Shown here piece by piece: positions 22,952 to 33,662 of a stretch of DNA of 45,713 bases. The position numbers and the translations under genes are program-made. Each line of letters starts with the position of its first letter. Positions within the stretch are counted from its first letter, which is position 1. Below the pieces are notes generated by a model. It saw only the letters and a program-made list of their open reading frames with translations, ran no database searches and had not been told where the DNA came from. Source of the stretch: Nemertoderma westbladi (taxonomy: Eukaryota; Animalia; Xenacoelomorpha); assembly GCA_032718475.1 (NCBI GenBank), contig JAUCBJ010002673.1:1-45713 (forward strand). Reading direction: 5' to 3'.

Positions 22952-23494
22952 CAACATACGGAGTGGGTGTGTGACTATATTATTTTGCATATTTTACTAT
23001 TTTTATAATTATGTATGTATTATTATGTAATTTTATTATAATCGTTTTCTTTAATTTTATTTAGTCGAATATTATTTTAGCGATTATTTAGTGCAATGTA
23101 TATATTCGTGTTTATTACTTAATTACTTATATTATATATTTAGTGCAACGGCGAGAAATAATTATTTTTCTCTTTCCTTACTGTCCGTATCATATTATAA
23201 ATACGTGACTACAGTAAGATGAAATATCTGTACTTATTAAAGTACCATAAAGCTCCTACTATATTCAAGTATTATTGGTAAGCAGAGTATTAGGAATGCA
23301 AAGTTTAGATCCTCGTGTCTCGGCTAAACCAAGCTCTGGGTAGACCTTGGAAACGACTTGCCTCTTCTCACTGACATTGCTTCGTGCGATATTGCTCTCA
23401 TACCGTATATTAAATAATACATATAGTAGCGTGATGTCCCTTTAACAGTAGCGTAAAACGCAAAATAAATCTGTTAAACCCTTTGACCATCTGC

Positions 23495-23770
23495 AATTCT
23501 AGTCGATTAAGATATCGTGGCACCCACCGATATACTTGAAAGACAAAATTTAGAATCAGTGGTTAACATCCCCAGACAAGTTCTGGAATAAATCGGTGCC
23601 CATCTTAAATATTATATAATTAATATTTATAAAAATCTATAAATCAAAATCTGTTAAAATTTAGATCCTTTGAAATTATAGTCAATTAAGATATCGTAGC
23701 ACTTACCGATACTCTTAAAAGGACAAAATTCCTAAAACTAAGGATCCTCGTCCCCAGACATGTTCTGGAA
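23495..23770 (+). repeat. Duplicated stem-loop unit in E2 (counterpart of 10301-10560)
   Basis: Units start near 23495 and 23674. Confidence 0.75.
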
Positions 23771-24594
23771 TAAAATTGTGTCTATTTAATATTAAATAAT
23801 AAAATTACGGGAATAAATTTAAATTGATCTTTTAATAAATTTGATAAATTGTTGTTTTATACAATTTATAACATTCCCAAAATTCCATTAATTAATAGAT
23901 CATGGGAGCGGAGATTCACCCTATTAAGTGTATTAGTGTGCAAGAATCTCCAATATATAGTCAATAGCCGATAAAATTCATAAAATCATATATAAAGAGG
24001 GATATTGACAATTAAAGAATTACTATTAAATAGCATCCCAGATCTGTATGCATGGGAATTACCCTAATTCTACTGCTAGCTTTCCATAATGTCACCATAG
24101 CAACAACCACGCTAGAATTAGAAGTGAGTTAAAAGAACAATAGAAATCTTTCCCATTGAATAGCATACGGAATAAATAGCACACTGCTAGTATCCAAGGA
24201 TACATAATAACAACGTGGCATTCTGGAAGGCACTTGACTAACGGACAAATGACCCGAATGTGTGACAGAATGTGTACAATTTGTGACAGTTACGTGGAAT
24301 TTGTGCGTTTGTAGGTGAATGTTTCTACTAAGGTGTGTTTACAGTAGCGAGTCGCAGTTGTGAAAGTAGCCCTAACTCAGCAGTAAGAACCTGAAGTAAT
24401 TCTACGCCCTTGGGACGGACAGTGGAGTGACTCGTGCCGGTTGTCGTTGTCGTTGTGTAGCTACTACGTTGGCGAAAAACACAGCGGCGACGGTATATCG
24501 GCGCTGAGGATCTTGCATTGTCCGGGGGCCGAGAGGGGTAGCTCGCTGGCCTAATTATAACTCATTGTAACATTGATAAACTCATATAGCAGCT

Positions 24595-26118
24595 ATGACG
24601 GAATTGATAGAAGATGATCTTGGTGTCAGGGAACGATATACTCTACCGTTGCAGGCGTTTGTTGATAGCTTAATACGCGGCGATGCTGGTCCAACTGCTG
24701 CGGAGGACGATGGTCGTTATATCGAACCGCCAATGTCCCAAGAGCAGCTCACGCGTGAGTTGGACTATAGAAAATTCACCGCTCGCTATACGCATCGTAA
24801 TGGTACGTATATGGACTTCTTAACTACTGGTCATCCTATCGACCTACACGATACGGACGATATAGACACCGAAAGGGAAATGGTTTTATTTAAATATCAT
24901 ACCCAGTGGAAGCGGAACGATAAACTGAGACTCGAACACGAAAATTCTATTCGAAACCGACTCGAAAGTGAAGATGTTGAAGAGCCGGATAAACGCAGCG
25001 ACTTCAACAAATATCTGGAATTCTTGAGAGAAACATATCTCAATATTACCACTCAACAGAATCTAGAAACTCGATATCCTCAAGGTATACATCATGTCCG
25101 CATTGTAGAACTCAAATGGCTGTATTCCACTATGATGTATCTTACCGCCGATCGACCGCTACCTGTTGTACCGGATAGCTTCGAACAGATGGAGGAATAT
25201 CTTAAACTGGAGAAAGATCACTCACGTTTCCCCTACAAGACGTGCGTCTTTGGTATTATTGCGATGAATGCCCTAGACCCAACCAACAAACGGAAAGACA
25301 TAAACATCCGCGGAGACGTTGCGCTAAACACGGTTTTACTCGCTATACTTACGGGAGTTTCGAGCGAAATTTGTTTGACGTATCACCTACGCTCGTTCGA
25401 CTCAGACGATCCTTAAATAAACCAATGATCCGAGTTCCGGAATACTCGATCAGACCTCCTCATTCCCTAATGAGACCTCAGACTCTTGATCCTATTAGTA
25501 TGACGGATCCTCCCGAGCTGTACTCACTGTTCAAAGATCTAGTATTACCCGAACAATTAGTCGGTGGCACCCCGGTTGTGGGCTTCCTAGATATTAGCCC
25601 ATCCTACCTAGCCGGATTGGGACGCGGACATTTAATATCGCCGTTTAACCCTTACCATCGTCCCGGTTTAACACCGATACAACCTGTCACCAAAGTGGAG
25701 GAGAGCGTTGTACCAAACGCGTTAGACGCTATTCTACAAAGATCAGAAAAGGAACCTACGCTTGTTCAGATAAACGTAAATTGCACTAGCAAGTCCAAGC
25801 GGTAAACGAAGTAACTTTATCTCAGTTCGATCGGGAAATCCAGAATCTCTAAGAAGTTATCGAACTTGGACGACCCTATTCTCCGCGAGAATTTTTGGAC
25901 GGACACATCCAACGACAAGCGGAGGAAAATCAGCTCGAGGAGAAGCATATCGAAATGGACGAGACACCGACCGTAACCCTAAACCTTCTGATGCAATTGT
26001 ATTGCACCCTTCGCCCAGGAGTTATAGCCCTCCTAGTAAAGTGGCTCGCCCAAAAGAGAAAAGGACTCTTGCTAGCCTCAAAAAACTGCGTAAATGCCAT
26101 ACGCGCAAGAAAGACTAA
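24595..26118 (+). pseudogene. E2 accessory ORF (frameshifted); shares N- and C-termini with the E1 ORF, middle differs
   Basis: MTELIEDD...ENSIRNRL and TDRNP.PSDAI.LHPSPRSYSPP...RKKD* are shared; the middle ~24965-25962 has no counterpart in E1. Confidence 0.78.
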
Positions 26119-26196
26119 CTGTTTAGAGTATTTTTATATTTTAGAAACTGTGATTTTTTATATTTTATAGAATTAAATCCCATTTTCTGGGAGCGG

Positions 26197-27405
26197 TGTA
26201 AAGGCTTTTGCGGATATAGCTAGTTATTTTCCCCGCAAAGTACTCTGTAGATGTTTTAACGGACATAAAAAGCCGTTTTCTTACTGTACCGGTGTTTAGT
26301 GGACATAAAAAGCCGTTTTTTCTGTATGTGTACTTTGGCGGACATAACAAGCCATTTTGTGTCGCAATACGCCAAAATACTCTTAATACAGTGTAGTTCA
26401 GATTATGACATCTATCAGCTGATTTAGTGTACTCGTGGAGCTTTCTTTGTTCGGCTCAGCCAATCAGAGCGATTTTCATTTTTCTTGGAAACGAGCTATG
26501 TAAGCCGAGCGGGTCTGTGTATGAAGGCAGTAGTGGTTTTGCCTTTCCTGAGCCCAGAACATCGGCTTTGGAATGATTCTGTGTTTCAGACTTTAGCCAA
26601 ACATTAGAACGGCTTTGATTATAGAAACGTATAACTGTTATCATATCTCATATCTCATAACATTGCAACTCATACAAGTTATATCAACTCACAACAGCCT
26701 ATATCATACTGTGCATACCTTTCACCGCATTATTTTACTGCTATTTACTGTCTTTTATTAATTGTATCAGTTGATGGAATATTGTTATATTTGGATAATA
26801 TCGATAAATAATCATAAAACCCCATCTTCTTGATATACTGAAGGTAAGAGACCGGTTACATATAGCAATTGCGACTTACATTATATTGGTTTTGGAGTGA
26901 ATCTAATGCTATTTCATAGGCACTACAGGTGTCAATTGCTGTTCTCTTTATATGTGACTAAAATTAGTGAAGGTCGGCAGATTGGTATGCAGCATTGTGC
27001 GGTATTGTACATGAGTGTGACAGATAACAAAGCATCTCCTAAAGAATGCGCCTTATACGTGAATCGATAGCCATCCCGTTGTGTTTAGTATAAGTCATAA
27101 CTCTGTTTACATATTTAGAGCGCCACGTCCTAAAGGAACTGTTAATATTTCCCGAAAGTGAATAATATTTGTCAGAGATTATATATTAACGATCAATCGA
27201 ATAATACAGTAGGCCTACACCGCAATAAGGTTACAGCTTCCGAATCCAGTCTCCCGGGTAAATCCAGCGGGTGAATGGTCGCGCATAGGCTGGCTTCGGC
27301 TAATGTAGTGTATCAAATACTCGTCATAGGCTAAAGTCGATTTATAACTTAGAAGACACCTAAATTTGGCAGGTTAAACTGCTAAAAGGTCTAAAAGCGC
27401 GAACA
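26197..27405 (+). repeat. E2 3' LTR (1209 bp)
   Basis: TGTAAAGGC...GCGCGAACA after the PPT; similar to the E1 LTR from ~26617 onward; anti-PBS GTATAACTGTTAT at 26629-26641. Confidence 0.93.
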
Positions 27406-28100
27406 GAGTGGCCTAGGATTCTAGTGACCAGGGTTTCTGACTGGGAGATAGAAGCAATATATGTGGCTGGGGAATGATTTACGGCTTTTCTAAGGCCCAG
27501 ACCACCCATCGAGACCGGAAGGCAAGCTTTGTTGTACGACCAGTCACTCAGGGAGCCCCCAACCAGATCAGAGAGGGTATCCCACATGACAAGATCGAAC
27601 TGTAGTGAGGAGTCCGGAATCATGGAGGGGGGACAGCAACGGAGGGCAAAGACTACTTTGGGTAAAGATAGGCATGAACGAAGAAGGGTAGATTCCATCT
27701 GGGAATCCTGAAGGTCAAGAAGGCGTTCAGTGATGGAGAGGACTTTGGCCACTCTTAGCATAATTGTCTCCTCGCTGTATTGAGAGGAACCAATCGGGGA
27801 GCCAAGTATTGGTTAGACCATTGGAGAGGATGGGAATGGAGGGTGGTAGTGGATTCGAATGCACTGAGGAGCCAGCGGGGATGAAGTTAAACAAGCGGGC
27901 ATGAAGTGTAAAGTTGTGGCAAAAAGGAGGGGGACCAAACGATCTCCTTGTTGGATGCCGGAGCAGGTGAAGATTTGTTGGTCACCAAGCCACAGGACAG
28001 CCTGAATTCCGTAACATGCCTCCACCCATGCGGAAAGAGAGGGCAAGTGTTCCCTGACTTCAGCAAACATTTGTGAGCGGTCGATGGAATTAAATGCATA
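27406..28100 (-). pseudogene. CRE-clade-like non-LTR retrotransposon RT fragment
   Basis: Minus-strand NAFNSIDR, SGIQQGDRLVPLLF, LLRSCLSLPK, LPVSMGGLGLR...YIAS; internally deleted; cut by E2. Confidence 0.75.
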
Positions 28101-28560
28101 GGAGAACTATGAGTTGTCCATCGCTAAAATTGAGAATAAAAGTCACTTGCACCAAATATTAGGTTCTGGCCATGTACCTGTGGCACTACTTACCTTGGTC
28201 CCAAAATCAAAATTTGGGTATCTATCTAAGTTTGGATCCAATTGATGACATTTGATGCAAGCAGGAAGTTCTTTCTTGAGTCATTGATCTTACATCAATG
28301 TGTTATATTGTTATAAATTTCATTATGGTGCTTCGCGAAGGCTCAAAATTTCAACCCTCTTGAGATCCGTGAAGATATAGATAAAATTTATAGAATTTTT
28401 TTTGCCTTATTTTTTTACCATTTGGCAACTTTTGTGCACCGGTAGAACAAAAGTAAGAAAAAGCACCGCCCTACTGGGTATTTTCTTCCAGTCATCAGTT
28501 GATCAGTGATTACTAAAAAATCTCGCCAGGTGTGATATGTTGTCTCAGAGGAATGCGATT

Positions 28561-28794
28561 TATAAGACTGACTAGTCTCATAAAATAAAAACAAAGGTTT
28601 TCTGTAAACTAGTGAATGAATTTATTACATTAAGAATAGTGGTATATGATACAATACAAGGCCAAAGGTTAAATGTGTGTTAGCTCCGTGTACTGTATGA
28701 ATGCTCATAGTTACATGATAATTAATTATTGATAGCGGTAATTAGATATTGACATATCAATTCTACTGTACACTGTCATATAGTTAGTCTTACA
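28561..28794 (-). repeat. Gypsy 3' LTR (234 bp)
   Basis: Minus strand TGTAAGACT...AGTCTTATA inverted termini, preceded by purine-rich AGAGAGAATAGTTA. Confidence 0.88.
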
Positions 28795-29039
28795 TAACTA
28801 TTCTCTCTAATCTTAAAAAGCGGAGCACTAATATAAATTTGGAAGTAATATAATATATTTGTTTCTAGATTACACATGATATCGTCACAAAATAGGAAAA
28901 TATTATTCAGATATTCACTAATTATGTTAAATACGATTTAAATACGATTAAGTTAAATTAAATTCCATATTAACAATACATATATAATACGCACTGCATT
29001 AAAGAAAAAAATGTAATTTAAAACATGAATTATAATTTG

Positions 29040-29895
29040 AATGTAACACGCTTATTTAATTTTAGATGAGTTTCATTTTTAGCCTCACTTTCTATAACTG
29101 GTGTCACCCGGTCTAGAGAAATTACCTCGGGTGTATTGTGTCGTTGAATGGTGACGGTTTTGTCACCCAATTGTATTACTGGGTGGGTATGGTCCGAGAT
29201 AGCAAGGTTTCAGTGATCCACGTTTAATGGGGTCTCTCAACCAAATCTACTTCGCATATTTCAGTGAAGTCGGAACATAGGATTTAGATTTATGAACTCT
29301 TACCGGTGGAATGAAAGAATCAACTTTATTATAGAGCTTAGAAACGAAGTCTGGCAAATCGGTTAATTTCTCAGGTTCGAAGAATTGTCCGGGTTCAGTA
29401 GACAGTTCTCAGATAGTACTCAGTTCCGTAGAGAAGCTGTGATGGGGAGTAACCATGGCAACCAGCTGCGGATCTAATACCAAGAAGTACTAATGGCAAT
29501 TCGTTGAACCATTTTTCGTTATTACATTTCGCTCGAAGTGAGTTTTTAAGTTGCCTGTGAAACCTTTCTACAAGACCATTGCAAGCAGGATGGTATGCAG
29601 TTGTCGTCGCACGCTCAATTCCTAGTTGATTTCTTCAAATTCTGAATAACCTCGACTCAAATTGAGATCCTTGATCTGTAATTATTTTACGAGGGATACC
29701 GAAACGACTAATCCACGAATCCAGAAATGCATTAGCTATGCTCTCAGCGGAAATAGATCGTAGGGGCACAACTTCTGGCCAGCGAGTAAACCGATCAACC
29801 GCAGTAAATAGATATCCGTATCCACATGAAGATGGCAATGGGCCGACCATATCCAGGTGAACTGTATCTAGACGCGACAAAGTTGGAATAGTTCC
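29040..29895 (-). pseudogene. Gypsy integrase core and C-terminus (degenerate); lower boundary approximate
   Basis: VHLDMVGPLP, VDRFTRWP, WISRFGIP, ITDQGSQFES, then after a frameshift TTAYHPACNGLVERFHR. Confidence 0.88.
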
Positions 29896-32800
29896 GTTTA
29901 GGTCAGGTCAGGTATTCTAGGTCATTGATCAAGAAAACTTGCCACCTCCATGCAGCATAAAGGAGGTGCCACCTGTAGCTGCATAGACCCCTTTTACTAG
30001 TTCAAATCTGGTCCTGTAACTAGGACCCCATTCGTTCTGGGATAAGGACGCCCTTGGTCCTGGATTAAGGACCCATATACTTGGCTGCAGGGGTATATGG
30101 CCTGACCAGGCAGATGGTGATCTACCAATGGCTGGTCAGGAGTAGAGTGTTCTCATGTCCACTCTTCAGTGCGACCTGCACCTGGCAGCAAGGGTACAGG
30201 GCTTGACCCAGCAGATGAGCTGCAACAGCCAATGGTGGGTCATGTGCGCCAGAGTAGATATGGGTGATGGGCCTCATATCTGACTCCATTGCGACACCCA
30301 CCCTGTGGAATGGCAAACCAGGGTGTGGTATTTGCCCCGAGAGCTGACTCGGCAAAAAAGCACCCCCCAACCCCCACTATGGATTACATTAGCAATGCGG
30401 AGGTCCAGCCACTAGAGGCCAGTGGAATTACCGGACACAATCGGCCTCACAGGCGTCAGTTAACTCCTGACCGGCTGCCTGTCTCACCCCCTACTGGAGA
30501 GAGAGCAGTCAACAATTCTTTGAGTCCCTTTCCTGATGACCTTTCTGGCCCAAACCCTGGGTCACCAGGGAGGCCAGATTGTGATGGGGAGAGGGATTCT
30601 GGAGTTGGAGGCTACTCTCATGTTCCACCCCGACCAACAAAGCCATTGGTGAATCTGAGGCAAGTCACTAGACTAGCCTCAGTAAACACCCTAACACTCG
30701 GGACCCAATGCGACAAGGTGAGCTGACTGCCTTGGCAGATAAGCTTTCTCTTAGCGCAGTGGGTGTTCAAGAGCACCGAATGCAGACTGGACAGACTGAT
30801 GAGGTTCTGATTAAGGACATGGGGGGCGGTTGGCGACTCGCCCTCGCGTCAGCAGATGATAGTGGCAATGGTGGAATTGGTCTATTGATGAATCCAACTG
30901 CACATGCAGCATTGGACAAAATAGACCAAATCTCTAACCGCATCATCCGTTGCCACTTCTCATGTTCTGGAAGACTGGCTAAGAAGTTTCCTAAGGTGGT
31001 TCTGATTATGTGCTACTCTCCAACTAGTGTTGCCCCTGTAGAGGAGGTGGAAAATTTCTACCACAATCTACAGCAGCTACTGATGGAGTGGATCAGCATG
31101 CATTCTTAACATTCCTGGGAGACTTTAATGCAAGTCTGCATCAATCACCTACATCGCCCTGGGTCTATAGCAATAGTGTTGACCGAAATTCTGTCCATCT
31201 TCAGGATTTTATCTCTGGAAATGGATTGTTTTCGGCTGGAACCCAGTTCAAGAAGCGAACTGGAAAGCTATGGACTCATAGTGGACCCAGTGGTCACAAG
31301 TCCCAGATAGACCATATTCTGTTTCGTAGGAAATACAGGAGCTCTATACAAGACTGTAATGCATTTACACTTCGACCCTTCTCCAGTGATCACCGCCTTA
31401 TTGTGGCCAAGGTAAGACTTAGTCTGCGTGCTAGCAGAACAATGAAATCTGCCTTGCCGCGGCATGACTGGTCCTCTCTGTTGCAACAGCCAAGTGTGAG
31501 ATCCAGCTTCACACTACAGCTGAGCAACAGCTCTGCCTCTGCCTCTGAGGCGGCAGATCACTGTGAGGGCTATACTGCCTTTACAGAAGCAGTTAAGTTA
31601 GCAGCTGCAGAAACAGTTCCTGTATACCCTCGAAACAGGAAAAGGGCCCCCTGGACTGACAACAAAATTCAAAAGTGCCGAAATGACCTTCATAAGGCGC
31701 AGAAAGAGTCCCGACTCAAACAGACTACAGCGGCCAAGAATGCAGTTAAGGCTGCATCTAGGTCCCTGAACAGGCAGTACTCTGTTAATCTACAGGAGCT
31801 AATAAACCAACAAGTTGATGCCATCAATGATGCTGACGACAGCAGGCAATCATCCCAGGCATGGAAATCGATCAATCTGCTTACTGGGCGGAAAAGCCAA
31901 CCAACCACCAAGGTTAAGGCTGAATCACCAGCCGATCGCCTCAATGGCTGGAAAGCCCACTTTGAAAAGCTCCTCAATAATGCCGGATTGACTCAGTATT
32001 GCCTGATAACTTTATAGAAGTAAAGGTGTCTGAGTCTGTACTCCCAGATATTCCCATTGGCAATATCTCCTTTGCAGAAGTGAAGGCTGCTGCAAAGAGC
32101 ATTAAGACCAATCGTGCCAGTGGAGTAGATGGTGTTCCCCCTGAGGTCTTTAAAATACCTGAGTGTTTAAAGCTCATCTATCCCATCATAGTAGACATGT
32201 ACCGTACAACAAGAGTCCCACAAGAAATGAAAACAAATAATTTGGTGCCAGTTCCCAAGAAGGGCAACCTAACACTCTATGGTTCTTTTCGGGGAATCTC
32301 ATTGATCTCGATTGCTGCAAAGCTATACAATAGGATTCTATTAAATCGCATCAGGGATCCCATTGAGAGACTGCTCCGTGGAAATCAGAATGGGTTCCGT
32401 AAAGGTCGTGGGACCATGGAGCCCATTTTGGCACTTAGAAGGATAATTGAAGAATTATCAAAAAAGAAAGACAGGCATCTGGCTGTTATCTTTGTTGACT
32501 TCTTCAAGGCCTTTGATTCAGTCTCTCGCTCACGTATGTTCAGCATACTTTCATTATATGGGATTCCTGATGAAATTATTGCAGCAATCAGATCAGTCAG
32601 TATACGATGGTTCGACAACATTTGTGTCTACTGTTGACGGTGACACAGAACCATTTGAAGTGTTATGGGGCGTCATCCTAGGAGACACACTTGCACCATT
32701 CTTGTTCATTATTGTGGTTGACTATGTTCTACGCATGTCCTTAGATCATCATAATGATGATGGGGTGATAATAACTCCACCTACTGGCTCCAGAAGTCGA

Positions 32801-33662
32801 GGAAATCCTGCCAAGTACCTAACTGATCTAGACTTTGCTGATGACTTAGGAGTACTCTCAGAATCATTAGAGGGAGCCCAACGGCTCCTCAGCTCATTAG
32901 AACATGCTGCTTCTAGTGTTGGTCTTTTTATTAACTCCAGAAAGACCAAAATTCTGACAGTTAACTTTGAAAGTCCTCAGCAAGTCTCTGATCGGATGAG
33001 CATAAGCTCAAAGGATGGTATGCTTGAGCATGTGGACGACTTCTGTTACCTGGGATCATGGATCCGGAAGTCAGGTGAGGACCTTCGAATACGTAAGGGA
33101 AAGGCATGGGCAGCCTTGAAATAGGCTTTCCAGGATTTGGAAGTCACCGAGAATTAATCGGAAACTTAAGGTCCGATTATTTAGAGCAGCAGTAGTTCCA
33201 GTATTCCTCTACGGGAGTCCATGCTGGGCTCTAACTGCTGAGGACACCAAATCTCTGGATGGCACATTCACAAGAATGCTACGCCGGGTTCATTGTGTCA
33301 AGTACAATGCACACATCTCCAACCAGACACTATATAACATTGGAGGTGTCTCATTGGTTCCCCCAAGCTTGACACTAGAACAAAATCGCCTCCGCTTTGC
33401 AGGACATTGCTTTCGCCGTCAGGATCAGCCAGTGCATAATCTTGTACTTTGGCAGCCTCATGGAGAAAATAAGCATGGTGGACAGCCCATGACTTTATTG
33501 AGACGCATCTTAAAGGACACTGGCCTTAAAAATGCGGATGATCTAGCAAATGTCATGGGTGATAGGGAGTTGTGGCGGTGCAATTTTGTTGACAAGCCGG
33601 CACAGCATTCTTAAAAATGCAGCTGCAATGCAGCATGCCGATCCTAGTAGTAGTAGTAGTAG
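29896..33662 (+). mobile_element. Apparently full-length RTE-clade LINE (copy 3)
   Basis: TSD TGGAATAGTTCC at 29884-29895 and 33663-33674; 5' GGTCA repeats; hairpin-rich 5' UTR; (TAG)n tail. Confidence 0.95.
30379..33614 (+). pseudogene. RTE single ORF (APE endonuclease + RT), about five frameshifts
   Basis: RLASVNTLTL, GVQEHR, GDFNA, QIDHIL, SDH; NQNGFR, FVDFFKAFDSV, FADD; frameshifts near 30705, 31085, 31995, 32597 and 33120. Confidence 0.92.

Larger units (their letters stand above)
15337..27405 (+). mobile_element. Non-autonomous BEL/Pao element E2 (same family as E1; decayed; 5' LTR truncated)
   Basis: Collinear homology to E1 throughout; full 3' LTR 26197-27405; only the last 172 bp of the 5' LTR remain; several stops and frameshifts. 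Confidence 0.93.

Noticed and set aside
28100-28560. Possible MITE or DNA-transposon fragment
   Set aside because: No paired TIRs or TSD visible in the window
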